Assembly: GCA_964016885.1 (NCBI GenBank)
Contig: CAXHJY010000281.1
Location: 26,260 to 90,259, forward strand
Direction of reading: 5' to 3'
DNA from: Eledone cirrhosa
Lineage: Eukaryota
Length of the DNA stretch: 64,000 nt
Below the pieces are notes generated by a model that was not told the DNA's origin, did no database searches, and was given only the letters and a program-made list of their open reading frames with translations. Numbering within the stretch: position 1 is the stretch's first letter; each line of letters begins with the position of its first letter. Both the position numbers and the translations under genes were made by a program. Shown one piece after another: positions 12,680 through 26,569 of this stretch.

Positions 12680-13324
12680 ATATATATTTATATATATAAA
12701 ACTAAAAAAATATGCACACTAATCTTAGAATTTTTCACACTATTTTAATCTATATTTCTAAGTTTATTTTAGATTTGAAAACAAATCACAGCCAGATTGT
12801 ATCAGGATACTCAAAAAACATTATAAAGAAAATAAGTTTCAGTTAATAGACTTTCAATGAATATATCGTCCATACAGATTCTCACTGTGAAAAAGAATTT
12901 AGAATGGTGTGAAACTGAGTAAACAAGTTGAACATAGCTAGAAAGAATCAAGGAGTGGATAGGGTGAATAGATTAGAATAGTTGGTGAATGAGAGGTGTG
13001 TTAGTTTGTGGGAAGTATGAAAAGCTAGAAAGAAAAGGTATATTTTTAAGAGAGAGGCATAAAAACAAATAATAAAGAAATGTGTATTGGTGAAATTTTG
13101 CTTGTTTTTGCCTTTTATTTTTGTTATTCTCCCATTATCCAACCATTTACCCAATACATTATCAGGATACAACTATCTTTAAAGTTTGCAGTGATATCTC
13201 AGAAAAGGTGCTACAATATTTCATAACAGAGGACAGTAAAATTGATTTCTCCATTATGACCCCTGATATATCCAACTCTTGCTAGCAGGAAAAACATATA
13301 TTAAATGATTATATTATTGAATTA

Positions 13325-13497
13325 GCGTATTTCCCAGCATCGAAGACGCTACTTTTTTCCTAAAATAAGTCTCAAAAATCTACCATACGTCCTGGACGCC
13401 GAAGGTTATTTATTATCTTTTTTTTTCTCAAATTTTTGGTTGTCAAAATTAGGGTGCATCCTTGAGGACGAAGCATCTTCGGCACCGGGAAATATGG
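13325..13497. mobile_element. Tc1/pogo(Tigger)-like MITE
   Basis: Imperfect TIRs gcgtatttcccagcatcgaagacgct / agcatcttcggcaccgggaaatatgg with TA on both sides. Confidence 0.7.
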
Positions 13498-13882
13498 TAG
13501 CTAAATATATATAAATTTACCATCTTAGATAGGTGTGCAGTGCTAAGCTAACACAAATAGTATATTATTACACTCATACTCAAAGATGGCAACAAACATC
13601 AACACTTTTAGTTACTCTTAAATCAGATTTTATCCAGTTTAACAAAACTTTGCTTCAGTTGTGAGCAAACTGCAGCCCGTGGGCCACATGCTTGGCTTTA
13701 TGAATGGCATGCCTAATTTCAAAAGTGCCTTGAATTTTTTAGTAAGTGCAGCTTGCCTTATAATGAACCACATCGTATGCGACCCACTACTCAATAAAGG
13801 TTGCCCATGCTTGGTTTACTGTATATGTATTGAGATAGATAGAGAAAATGATTTTCTATTGACAACAGAAAGATTGTACTGT

Positions 13883-14053
13883 TACCTCTTTAGCCTTTAC
13901 TTTACTCTATTTACTATTATATTTTCACATAATATCGAATCTATGAAATTTTGATATTTATTTTGAGAACAATATCTTAACATTAGTATGAGTGGCTGAA
14001 AGAGGTGAGAGAATTCTGGCTGGATATGTCCGGTTTAAATGTTAAAGGGTTAA
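13883..14053. mobile_element. piggyBac-type MITE (same family as 8591-8871)
   Basis: Shared body (tttactctat...gagaattctggctggata) ending aaagggTTAA. Confidence 0.75.
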
Positions 14054-14080
14054 ATAAGCTACTCAGTACATAAAATAAAG

Positions 14081-14728
14081 AATATACGTGAACGGCAAAG
14101 CATAAACGAACTAAGGGAGAAATTAGGAATAAGAGGTATCAGATGTTGTTTACTCGAGAGAAGACTACGTTGGTACGGTCACGTGATGCGCATGAAAGAC
14201 GACAGCTGTATAAAAAAGTGCAGGCCGATAAAAATAGACGGTAGCCACGGCGTAGGCAGACCCAGAGAAACCTGGGACGACCTCACACACACCTCTCCAA
14301 GACAATGTCACTGGACCGAGATCTTTGGCGCTACACAGTAATACAGAAGACCCGCCTTGCCTAAGTACAAAGCGAAACCTACAGTCAGTAGGCACCTCTA
14401 ACAAAAATACACCACCCCATCCACACCACCCCTTTCACTATAAAGTTATGTTGGTACCGCAACATCCAGTCCGAAATAAATGAGGTCGTGTAGGTGTCAC
14501 GACAAAAAAACACAGTTCACGCTGCAATGTGGCCGTGTAGGTAACACGGTAAAAACTTCCCAGTCCACACTGTAAACGTGGTTGGTGTTAGGAAGGGCAT
14601 CCAGCCGTAGAAAACCCACCAGACAGTTCTATGCGAGCAACACAACCAATCTTGCCTCAAGTGGGAAAATTCCCGTCCAAACCCATGCTAGCGTGGAAGA
14701 TGGACGTTAAACGATGATGATGATGATG
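14081..14728 (+). mobile_element. 5'-truncated copy of the young RTE (RT C-terminus plus 3' UTR)
   Basis: Near-identical to 12007-12679, ending gttaaacgatgatgatgatgatg. Confidence 0.93.
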
Positions 14729-14799
14729 CATAATTTATTTCAAGTAGAAATGACTTCTACTGGACTTGTGGTTTAATTTGGTTGAAATCATTATTATAT

Positions 14800-14988
14800 G
14801 TGATTTGGCAGTATCGGTAGAGGGTCGGACGCCATGGTTTGACGCATAGAGTTACGGCCCTTGCCATTCTGAGTTCAAATCCCGCCGAGGTTAACTTTGC
14901 CTTTCATCCTTACAGGGTCGATAAAATAAAGTACCAGTAATGTACTGGGTAATAGCTGGCCTTATGCCAATAGTAGAAACAATTATTA
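14800..14988 (+). mobile_element. tRNA-derived SINE, family A
   Basis: Full family body with B-box gagttcaaatcc and agtagaaacaatt tail. Confidence 0.85.
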
Positions 14989-17203
14989 TATATATGTGTA
15001 TATACTCTTGGGTCCCATAATGGGGGGGGGGGGTTCTAGGTTGTCTCCATTGATTTTTTTTTTTTTTTCTTTCTTTCTTTCTTAAAACCAGAATTAGTTG
15101 TTTAGATTACATATTGAGACACCAACCCATCCTATTTTATGACATGAGATTTCTGGTAATGTACTTTTTGTCGTATAATTTTTTTTTTTTTTTTTTTTTT
15201 TTTTGGGATTTCTCGGGAATGCTACCACTTAAAATAAAATTTCACTGGAGATAGATTGGCAAAATTCAATAAGCAGGGGTAGGAGTTTGAAAAAAATTAA
15301 TAAGCAGGGTGCTGATGGTGGTGGGGGTTTTAATCCAAACCCAACAGTATATATATAAAATAAACGATCTTATATATGTTACCGTGAACTATTTTTGAAA
15401 AGGGCTTTTTTTATACCAAGAAAAGGAAGCTTTGTTTTTTTTTATAAACATTTCAAATTAAAATCTAATATTCTAATATTCTGCTGTGGGTTTTATACAT
15501 AACAATTTGACAATATGCTGTCTTGACTATAGAATGACATTTAAAGACAATCTAATAATAGGAACAAGCAGTACACCCTATTTCGACAGTTGGTGATATA
15601 CACAGCATTCAACTGTAGAAATCATGCCAAAAAACGGTTGAGAAGACTCTTCAGCTGTCAGGGGTATAATAACCTCTCAAGTGTTGGTGACACGATAAAG
15701 CACATTGAGTACTCTCTGTAATGTGTTTGTTGATAGGTAGGGCATCTGATCATAGAAAAAGACATAACTACCTCCTTCGGTAATGGTTTACAATAAAATG
15801 CATTGTGCACTCTATAGAATGTTAGATATGGTACCCAGCACATCTGAGAAGTCAGTGGCTTCAAGAAAGAACTAACTTGGACTGTGACAACTGGTAGAAC
15901 CCTTGCTAGCAGAGTATAACATGATATATAAAAATATAAACATACAGAAGTCTCATTGTGGGTATTCTAAGCTGTGATTATGTCACAGCTACGTCAGTAG
16001 ATCTAGGGATACTGAAATTGACAAGTGGTGGGAGACTATACTGGAAAAGATTTTGTGCAAACATGGAAACCTTAAGAATAATGACAGATTATTTATCAAA
16101 ATCATGATAGATATTATACAGTGAAACTGTTTTAAATAAGGTTTGTTTTTTTATGAAAAATGAGAATCCTTAATATTACTGAGAAAAGCAACTATGAACA
16201 TCTCACAATACTATATACTTGTTCTTTTTTTAATATATTTGAAGAATTAGGTCATTGTAACCTATTTATTTAAATTATGATTCCTGTAATTTTATTCTGT
16301 ACTATAGTAATCTAAGAATTTTAGCCGTTAGTGTAATCATCATCATCATCACGTATTCACTTTTTATGCTCGACAGATTTGTCAGGCTTCAAGTTAATTC
16401 TTATTCAAAGTTATTGTAAATCTGGTTGGTGTTAGGAAGGGCATCCAACTGTAGAAAACCCGCCAGACAGTCCTATGCGAGCAAGACAACCACTCTTGCC
16501 TCAAGTGGGAAAACCCCCGTCCAAACCCATGCAAGCGTGGAACACGGACGCTAAACCTGATGATGATGATGATGATGATGTTGGAGGACTACTTCTTGAA
16601 TATTTCTTTTTTGGCATAGACTTTATGGGCAGATACTCTTCTTAACCAATCAATTTACAGATCGTTTTGGATGTATTTTCATATGGCACCAGCACTGTTT
16701 TATCCTTGTAAACTCAAAATAGTCCACTTTCTTCTACATGGTTTTCGTTTTTAGAAAGCAAATTTGGTTAAAAGTTTAAATAGAAGGGAAGGGATGACCA
16801 AGACAGTGAAAGGGTGAGGTTATGAATGTAAGTTTGATGGATAAATGAAATGATGGGATAGTAAACGAAAGTATAATCGATGAAAGCAGGAAAGATATAG
16901 CTACATGCTGGTTTTGGGGTAGGTAGCAACACGATTGGATTGCAGTGAAGATGAATCATAATAATAAGAGAGAGTGACTGTCTGATGGAGAGCAAATTTC
17001 TTATATAACTATGTGAAAAGAATGATAAAATATTATGACTAACTTCTTTTATTCTTCTGGTTAAATGAAGTAAAGTGCCAATCACGTTCTGGAGTAGATT
17101 TAACATTATTGTAATATATCCTAAAAATAAATGGAATTATAATAGAACTAAAAGTAGATTTGATATTGTTATATAACATCCTAGATGTGTAGAGAATTAT
17201 AAT

Positions 17204-17390
17204 TGTTTCTACTTTTGGCGCAAGGCCACCAATAAACCAGTACATTACTGGTACTTTATTTTATCGACCCCGTAATGATCAAAAGCAAAGTTAACCTCGG
17301 CGGGATTAGAACTCAGAATGGCAAGGGCCGTAACTCAATGTGTCAAAGTATGGTGTCCGAATGTCTACCGATACTGCCAATCCACCGCCC
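17204..17390 (-). mobile_element. tRNA-derived SINE, family A, with target-site duplication
   Basis: Full reverse copy flanked by tgtgtagagaattataat (17186-17203) and tgtgtatagaattataat (17391-17408). Confidence 0.88.
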
Positions 17391-18439
17391 TGTGTATAGA
17401 ATTATAATAGAAGACAGTCAGTATTTGATTTTCATCTTTTCCGTTCTTTGATAAAATAATGTACCAGTCAAGTTCTGGTTTGGATTTAAATCCTGGTAAT
17501 ACATCCTAGATGTGAATGGAATTATTGTAGATTTTGTAATGAAACATACAGATGAGACATGGTTCTCTGACACGACTCGGAGGGCAGTAACTCCATTTAT
17601 GAACCTACTCAAATGATGGCAATTACCCTCAATCCCTAGCATGGCAAGCTGGTGCGGTGTGAAACGATGAAGAGGATTTATATTAAGTTTACATTTTATT
17701 CAAATTAAGTAGGTTAATGTGACCTATTTTAACACATTTTTATCGAAAAGTGCAAAAATGTTTGATTTGAACATCGTACTTTATCTATATATATATATAT
17801 TTACACACACACACAGGCAGAGACTTGGCTGTGTGGTTAAGTTCATTTTCCATCTACAGTCTTGTTCTATTGCCAATGCCTTATTAATGAATTTGGTGGA
17901 TAGAATCGGTACATCGTTCTTTTTGTCTCTGTCTCTTCTTGTTTCTTCTTTTATCTCAGTTATTATACTTACAAAATTTCATACAGTATTTTAAACAGGC
18001 GAGAAGGTTAGCATCAGGAAGGCATCTGGCTGTTGATTTCTGCCTCAAAAATGTTGTCCCACTCTACTTGCAAGGAAAAAAAAAATGGACACATTAATTA
18101 GAATTTACATTACTCTATATTTTCTATTATATTTTCATTGTAAAGGCTTTATCTCATGTAATTATTTCACATAATAACGAATCAATGACATTTTGATATT
18201 ATTTATTTTGGGAACAATACCTTAACATCAGTTTGAGAAGTCGGTTACAGCCAGATTGAACAGAAAGAGGTGAGAGAATTCTGGCTGGATACAGCCGGTT
18301 TAAATGCTAATGAGGGTAATATATCATCATTACATCTGTTCATAACTTTGAATATTGATATTAAGAGTTAATTGGTAATGGATGAAATCATGTTAAAAAA
18401 TTATTTCTATATGAAAACAACAAATTAGAAACTTAGAAA

Positions 18440-18708
18440 GAGCTCTGATACTATGGGCATGTGGCTAGAATGTCTTGGGAAAGAATCACTGGACAGATTT
18501 TACGAACAAAATCAACTTGTAGCAGACCCAGAGGTAGACACCGAGCTAGATGGTTGGATAACATCCATGAGCTTAGCTGGTCAGACTTGAGGGGCCAGCC
18601 AGATCAGTTGGAGACGGTTGCTTCTGACAGGACCTGTTGGAAGCAGTGTTTGAGGACTCTGCCCCCACGACGCTCTCCAGAATAAGTGGGCGAAGAAAAG
18701 AAGAAAGA
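18440..18708 (+). mobile_element. 3' end of a second RTE family with (GAA)n-like tail
   Basis: ORF 18461-18685 RPRGRHRARWLDNI resembles an RTE C-terminus; related ends at 41650-41800 (+) and 43620-43800 (-). Confidence 0.7.
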
Positions 18709-20219
18709 TCACTTGAGTTTACTTTCATAAATTTTGTGTGTGGATGTATTGGTATATTACTTGGTCAGTTTATATATTCACTTAGCTTTACAATTGGAGT
18801 TTGTACTGTAGGCATTTATTTTGTGTCTCTTGATAGTTTGGTGGCTGTTTTTATAGTTTGTTTTATCAATATTTAAAGGGCTGCTTTGGGTGTAAACTTT
18901 CAGTATTGGTTAAGGTTTGGGAACAAATTGTCCTTAAATACATATACATATATGAAAAGTTTTCCCAAGAACGGCTTTTCTGTTAGGCAGATTATTTTCT
19001 TTAAAAAATATATAGAATTTTCTGTCCATTTTCCACACTAGCATGGGTCTTTATTACTAGTTTTTTATTTTTTTTTTATTTTTTTTTTTTCATATGAATC
19101 TCTGTTTGAGACAAAAGTTCAAGTTTACTTTTGAACAAGACATTTTCTGATGTAGGTGCCACTCTAAAATGCAGTCAGTGCATTACATAAGGTGGTTGGT
19201 ATTTGAACTGTAGCAATATATGTTAGGGAGAAAACTCTTCAGTCACATCAAAGACCTGAACATTTCTTGTGCTGTTGCCATAATAAAATACACCCAGAAC
19301 ATACTGCAAAGTGATTGGCATTTACCTATCACTTTCCCCCATACCACCATTCTCCCTCTAGCAATCTTTTTTGATATAGCTCACTCTACTCTTGTTGATA
19401 TACATCATTTGCCACCACTTACATTACTCCTTCTTTCCATTCACTGTCTTTTTCCTAACATGTTGCTGTCTATCACTATTGCTATTTATCCTCTCCCACT
19501 CTTTCTTTTTTTTCTCTATCTTTCCTATCATACTGATATTCATACTTTCCTATTCACCTATCACACCCATATACATTGTTCTGTCTTCTAATCACCTTGG
19601 TCTCATTTGCCTTGAATGAACAGAGACAAAGTATAATAAAGAGGATTCTTTAGTCTTGCAGGGGACAAGGCAACCTCTCTAGTGTTGGCACCTTGATAAA
19701 ATACACCCAGTACACGCTGTAAAGTGGTTGTTGAAGGAACAAATGGCGACACATAGAATAGAGAAGACTCTGCAGAAGAAACCCAAATGTTAGTGATCAA
19801 GTTTCAATTGGGCAAAAAAGCAATATCCAGCAACTTTGCTGTGTGACACATACCTCAGAGAACGGTAAGATACATAGATCGTATTGGTCATCTGACTGTA
19901 TTCCTGATATATATCCTGTCATGTGAGCCTATCTTGCCGTGATCCAAGAAGTTTGGGATGAGAGTGTGAGGCTAGTTGTACAGTGCAGCCCTCTCTCAGT
20001 ATAATTCAAGTCCACTAAGAACCATAATGTTTATTTGTTGGTTCTATCGGTTCTGTCACTCTGTAGGAGTGTTTTAAAAAAGGAAATTCATTTTTTCATT
20101 ATTATTATTTGGTAGTTCTGGATGAAGAGGCAATTTTTATAGCCTTCACAGGATTTGTTTGGAACTGGAGAGATTGCTGCTGTTGATGTTTCACTTAAAC
20201 TTTTAATTGCTGATTCCTG

Positions 20220-20730
20220 TATGAAGGACATAAACAGGGAAGGAGTTCCAGTGGGGTTGACATTCAGCTGTAGTGGTTAGTGCATGGATGTGGTAATGAG
20301 AGGAAGTGATCAGTCTATGATGTCTGTATGAGCAATCAGCAACACAATCTCTGAGATGTTGGAGTGGTATATATACCATTGTGGGTTTCATCTGAATTTT
20401 GGTAGAGGGCTAGTAATTGTTAGGGGCTGAAGTATTTGCTGGCCCTGGAGAGAATGGTATCTTTGTGATGTATTGTATATTAGAGTTTTAGATGTGTTAT
20501 GATGTTAAAAAGAAAAACTTGGGTGGGATTGATATACCTATAATATTTTTGATAAGCTTGTTTCTTCAACTTTCTCTTACTAGTCTTATACTAGGCCTCT
20601 GAAACTGGTGAGAGAAAGGAGAAAAAACAGTTCATGGGATTCTACATGTAGGAACTGTTTATTTATGTATTTGATAGATCTGGTAAAAGGGGAAGTGCCC
20701 ATGGTTTTCACAGGCCTTCTGCTATTAGAG
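20220..20730 (-). mobile_element. Very decayed CR1/L2-like LINE C-terminal fragment
   Basis: Minus-strand remnants resembling L..RR..DL...Y and WNSxP motifs (ORF 20203-20391 has PHWNSFP). Confidence 0.4.
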
Positions 20731-20838
20731 ATTGAAGCCGTTGATATTCTGTTTGAACAGTGAAGTTATCCACATACTCTCACAAACATTTTTACAAATT
20801 TATTTGAAATAATTAAAAAAATGTTTTTTATTTTGTAG

Positions 20839-20978
20839 CAAGAAGACCTCGTTGCCTTGGGTAAAGTAGTTCTTGCTCTTGCATGTAATTCAGTGATGGC
20901 AATACAGAGGGATCAAGTAACAAATTCAATGGAACTTGTAGCACGGAATTATTCCACGGATTTGAAGAATTTAATTCT
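20839..20978 (+). CDS. PAN3: PAN3 coding exon: QEDLVALGKVVLALACNSVMAIQRDQVTNSMELVARNYSTDLKNLI(L)
   Basis: Acceptor ttttgtag, donor gtaagt at 20979; 140 nt, phase 0 in and phase 2 out. Matches PAN3 QaDLisLGKVVLALACNS...NYSsDLKNLIL. Confidence 0.96.
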
Positions 20979-21037
20979 GTAAGTCTATTTCATTGAATTT
21001 GAATTTTTTTTTTTACTAGAATGGTTTTATATATATA

Positions 21038-22514
21038 CTAGCACAATGGCCCGGCGTTGCTTGGGCTTCTAAACATAGATTGCCATGTTTATCCCACCTT
21101 TCTGAAACAGTACAGAGAAGTACGGAATACCTCGGCCTGGGGATGGTGTCTACATTTTGTGCTTAGGCAATAATTTTCCATTAAGATTTTTCAAAAGCAT
21201 GTAATTGCGTTCCCTCTCTTTTTTGTTGTTTTTGCTGCTGTTGGTGTGATAGCAGCCGTTGGTCGTACTACTAACACAGTCTTGTCCATCTTCAGCCAAT
21301 CGTGTATATCCCCTTCTGCCTCGTCTACCTAAACAATGATAGTAGCACCTCCTTGTACACAATGTTCCTTGTTCTTCCGTGTCGGGCATATGCAAAGAGA
21401 TTTGTCTTGCTTCCCACTCTTGAGCAGCCAACGTATGGTTGCCTGTGTCTAATTTATTCCTAGTAGGTAATTGGTAAAGAAAATAAAAACTTTTCCGCTT
21501 AACATCAGCGCACATGATTTTATCATAGGTGTGGGGATATTTTGGCAGGAGTTTTCTAAAAAGATCCACTATTTCTATCTACTAGAGTTAGTGGAAATGT
21601 CTTCGGATATGTTATCAAAAAAAGAGTAACTGACACTTACCGATTGAAAAATAAGCCGATCGTCGGAATGGTAATCTCAACTGTAATTGGTAACCTGGGC
21701 TGGCTTTCCTCGCTTATGTACCAAGATAGATAGAAATTACCGCTTAAGGCCAGCGTATGTGAATTTTAACATAAGTGTGGGGATATTTTGGGGCGGGGGC
21801 TTTCTAAAAAGATTCACTATTTCTATCTATGTACGTAATGGGGCATATGGCTTGGTACTAACACCAATAATAATGTGTGCAACGGGGGGTAAGTGATTAT
21901 GCCTCAGGAAGTATTGCAAAAAAATATTAAAGCAACTGGGGATTGTCTCAGGATTGTTAGCCCCAAAATTAGTAAATGACACTTACTGATTGAAAAATAA
22001 GCTGACCGTCAGAAAGGTATTCTCAAGTGTAATTGTTAACCTGGGCTGGCTTGCCTCGCTTATATTTTATATTAAAATAACAGATTAAAGTTTAAGCAAA
22101 GAATCGCTGCTTACACCCTTAACGGGATCTTCTGAAACTAAAAAAATCAATCTGTGAACGCAGAAGTAAATATTTCGAAAAACGTTGCAACCGAAGGAAA
22201 ACAGGAAGACAATACTATGGTTCGTGAAGACGTTCCCTGGCAATGAAAGGAACAGCAATGATAACGATGTTTGTCATAATGTCGTAATGCAGACAGCCAG
22301 ACATACAGACAGATATTATAAGGGTGCGATGGAGATCGATAACCGGCGCTTAACAACAGAAAATTGAAAAATAAAAGCTGCAGTTAATATTTTTAGACCG
22401 CAAGGAATATATAAATGCAAGTTTGAAGTCAATCGGAGTAGAAATGTGGATTTGTATAGACTTTGCAAAAATTATGGGACACACACAGACAGACAATTTC
22501 AGTTTTATATATAT
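21038..22514 (-). mobile_element. Non-autonomous Helitron-like element
   Basis: A|CTAG at 21037-21041 next to GC hairpin gcccggcgttgcttgggc (21049-21066), i.e. a Helitron 3' end on the minus strand. Far end has (acag)n and tttatatata, typical of non-autonomous Helitrons; the exact 5' TC is not resolved. Confidence 0.75.
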
Positions 22515-23340
22515 GTATATATATATATATATTTTTTTTGTAGGAAGTCATTGTCATCATCATTTATCCACCTTCCATGCATGGTTTTGATGCGTCATCA
22601 ATGTTGGTTTTTATTCAGAGTTATTGTCCTATACGAGTCAGAGATCATGTGTTTCTCAGTACACTCCACTTTTGGCATGATTTCTATATGCTAGATGCGC
22701 TGCCTAACATCAACCACTTAAAGTATTCTAGATTTGTAGCACACCAAAGTTATGTTGAGGACATAAGTACATCTCTAGTGCTGGTATCATGACAACATGC
22801 ACCCAGTACATTGTAAAGTAGTTGATGTTAAGGGAGGACATATATGTCAAAAATAGAATGAATAAGATGTGCTCCTGACCTGTCTAAGAGGACAGTAACT
22901 CCAAATAATTACTGGCTCAGACCATAACAACCCATCCAACCCATGCCAGTATGGAAAGTGGGTGTAAAATGGTGATAGTGATGATGGTTATTCATAGCTG
23001 GAACATTTTTTGTCACAAATCTGCTTGATCAGAGTTGGCCTGGAGCTAAACAACAATAAATGGCTTACTGCTGTTGTAGGATTTGACTAAGAAAGAACAT
23101 AGGTTAAAAACAAAAGTGAATTGTAAAGCAATTTATGATGATACTGATCCATTTGTATCATACAGTTTACTGTAATCTGTGTGTATCAATTTAGAATAGG
23201 TACACTGTACCTCTGTATATTGTAAGAAGTGACTAAAAGGGTTTACACCAGGAAGGGCCAAAAAGTATTCCAATGAGTATGACACCTATTTGAAGTCGAC
23301 TGGGTTAACTCCTTCTTTGTGCCCCCCCCCCCCCCCCCCC

Positions 23341-23387
<47 letters not shown>

Positions 23388-23540
23388 CAAGCAGGGAAAA
23401 GCGGACGTAAAATGATGATGATAAAAATTAGTCTTAAAATGCATGTGGCAGTTAATATCATCTAAAAATGGTACCAGTATACTGTGTCAGAAGATGTTAA
23501 GATTGTATTTCTTAGGTTAAAAATAATGGTATATGTATGC

Positions 23541-26400
23541 ATCATTGACATCATCATCATCACTGTTTAACATCTATTTTTTCACTCTTGCATGGTTAGG
23601 TAGGTTGTCATGTTATCAGACAAGTAAGCAAGTTTGACGTGGGTAAGGTGTGTGGATTATTTAACTGGTGAGGGGATGGTACCAAGACCGGGGTTGGGGT
23701 AAAGAGCAGAAAATGAGTGCAGACTAGTGTCTTCTGCAGTACAGCTTAATAGCATAGCAGAGATCTTTATCCTGTGTCATCTTTGTGAGGTTTAATTGGG
23801 TATGGTCAGCTGTTATCATTTCATCCTAAGCTTTCCTAGGTCTTCCTCTTTCAGTGCCCTGACCCTTTTTATTCAGGTGTCCTCCTCCATGCACATCACA
23901 TATCTATACCACTGCAATCTCTTCTACACACTATCTGACTCCTTTTATGTCCAGTTTTTCTCTCAGTTCATTGATGCTTTTACTGTTCATCCTCACTACT
24001 ATTACACATTCATTGGACCATTGCAAGCTTCATTTCTTTCCAGTCTCCGTAGGTCCTCTGCACATATTGCCCAGGTTTCACTTCCATGTGGCATTCCTGT
24101 TCGTACACAAGCGTCATATAATATGCTTTTCTTTTTGAGGGGAAAGCTTTTTGTAGTTAGTTCTGGGAGTAGCTTCCTGAACTTTTTCCATCCCATTCTC
24201 ACTGTCTACTATACATTCAGAACAGCCACCTCCATTACTAATTTTCTTACCTAGGTAACAGAAGTTATCAACTACTTCTACGGAAACCTCTAAGAATTTG
24301 ATAAAGCTTGTTTCCTGTGAGCACTTGCTGCTTACTGCTCCTGTGCATCGACCACATACAAAACATACATTCTTAACTAGCCTGCCTGAGATCCCACTAC
24401 ATCTTGTGTACCCATAGTTTGCAGTTGGGACATAGAGTGGAATTTCTACCTACTTTTTTCCTGTTCACTGAACAAGGCCATTTATCTGAAAGGATCTGGG
24501 TCTTGTTTTCCTTTCTTCTGACTAGGTCTTTGCCAAGTTCACTTTAAGACCTTTTGATTTTAAGCTATGATTCCAGGTTTGGAATTTCTTCTCTAATTCT
24601 GTTATAGCCTGCAAGACAATAATAAACAAGATAGGGCTAAGAACGGAGCCCTGGTGAACTCCTTGCACCCTAAATTCCTCACTATATCATCATCATCATC
24701 ATTTTACGTCCGCTTTTCCTTGCTTGCAATGTTAATGCTAACTTTGCTGACTACTCCTCTGTATATGACTTGTACTGCCTTCACAACACAAAAAACAAAG
24801 AAATGGAGCTAATGCTGCATGGAATTTATCTCATGCTCTAACAATTCTATCAATCCACCAGGTTGGATTGGTACTTTATTATTTATCCAATCCTGAAAGA
24901 ATGGAAAGCAAAGTACAAAAGCCAGAACTAATACCAACACAACCCCCTAGCCATTGCTCAAACAACTCAGCCAGTACATCGCCTTAAAAGTAGTAGTGTT
25001 TAATTTATTTTATCTTATATTTAATCCAGCCTTTGCAGGCTCTTCTGATATAAGTAATGTTGTTGAGGTTCACTATACTGAGTAATGCCCTAATGGGTAT
25101 AGTTGATATCAAGGTTGATTTCATAAAACCATTAACTTTCTGACTGTCTCATTAGGTTCACATTACACACACACATGATTATGTAGCAGAAATACAGCTA
25201 AACATGCAAGGATACATTGAAGCAGTCCATTTTTCGCCCATGCAGTCTCCTCATTCAAGAATCTCTCTTAATACCAGTTCCATGCTTCTTTCTTCACTGC
25301 ATTGGAAAGAGCAAGCATGTCTCCGTTATTTCGGACACACTTCTCACCAATAACACCTTTATTTTCCTTGACACTGCCTTGTAATCCAGAACACCTCATG
25401 GTGCAGAACATATGCAAACTTATTTTCTGCTTCCTCCATTTTACCAGTCATTCCATGCCTGTTTCTTAGCTTTAATTGCCTCATCCACTTTACTGTTCCA
25501 CCACCAAGTTACCTTTCATCTTCTTGGGGTCTTGCTCCAGCCATAGATCTTGTCTGGCCTCATCAGGCTATTTCTCAGAACCCCACCTCCAGTTGTTTCT
25601 ATCTTGTAGTCTCTATCTTTTCTTCCTTACTGTCAAAAGCAAAACATCCTTGAATTTATAATGAATCCAGGGCTCCCATAGTTTCTATGTTCTTGTTTTT
25701 CAAGTTGCCTTCTGAATTAGTTTGTGTAGCTCTAATTTTAAAGTCACTAACTACTAGTTTATGTTGGGAGTCACATTCCTCACTTTGCAATCTTCAGTCT
25801 ATTTTTTATTTTTGGTGGGAATAAAGTCTATCTGGTTAGAGTATTCTCCTGATTTTTAGGTGATCAGCTGGCTGGGTGGTTTCATGAAGTTAGATGTTGC
25901 AGAAAGTCAGACCATTAGTATCACAAAATTCTATGAGTCTTAATCCCTCTTCATTTCTTGAACCGAATCCAAAGTTATCATTGACACTATAGAAGCTATT
26001 ACAGTGTTGATTGACATGTCCTTTAAAATTACTAGCCATGATTATGATGTTACTGTTACTTGTTAGGGATGTAGCCTACCTTATGAACTCATAAAAATTG
26101 TCTTTCAGCTCATCAATCAGTTCTGATTGGAGCGCATATGCAAAAGTAATTGTCACAGTTGCTTTATCTACGGCTAACCTAAGCTTAATAATTCTGTCAC
26201 TTACCCTAACTACCACAATTACATTATCTGTCAATTTATCTGGCAACAGAATTCCTACTCCAGCTAGCCCCAATTTGTTACCAGCCCAGATCACTGTGTT
26301 TTGCTTGTTGGGTATCTGGCAGAGGTGCCTCATGATCTGGTTTCCTGTACACAACATATATCTACTTGCTTTCTCTCCAGCATCTCTACAAACGCCCGTG
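23541..26400 (-). mobile_element. Decayed, interrupted RTE LINE (tail at 23541, RT C-half 23730-24785, endonuclease 25200-26400)
   Basis: Reverse (CAT)n tail; ORF 24002-24202 RMGWKKFRKLLP...HGSETW; ORF 26076-26426 AGVGILL...VVRVSDRIIKLRL. Confidence 0.85.
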
Positions 26401-26569
26401 GCAGCTCTTAATTTTGGGAATAACAAGAAAGAAGTCGTTGATTTTGGTATTTTTACTCATACTCTGTGTCAGAAATGAAGAAACTTCTACAAGGTTCATA
26501 GAGGTTACGAGTCTGGCACGAGAAATGAAGGTTTCATGTTCCTGGATTTCTGTGATGCCAATCATATAT

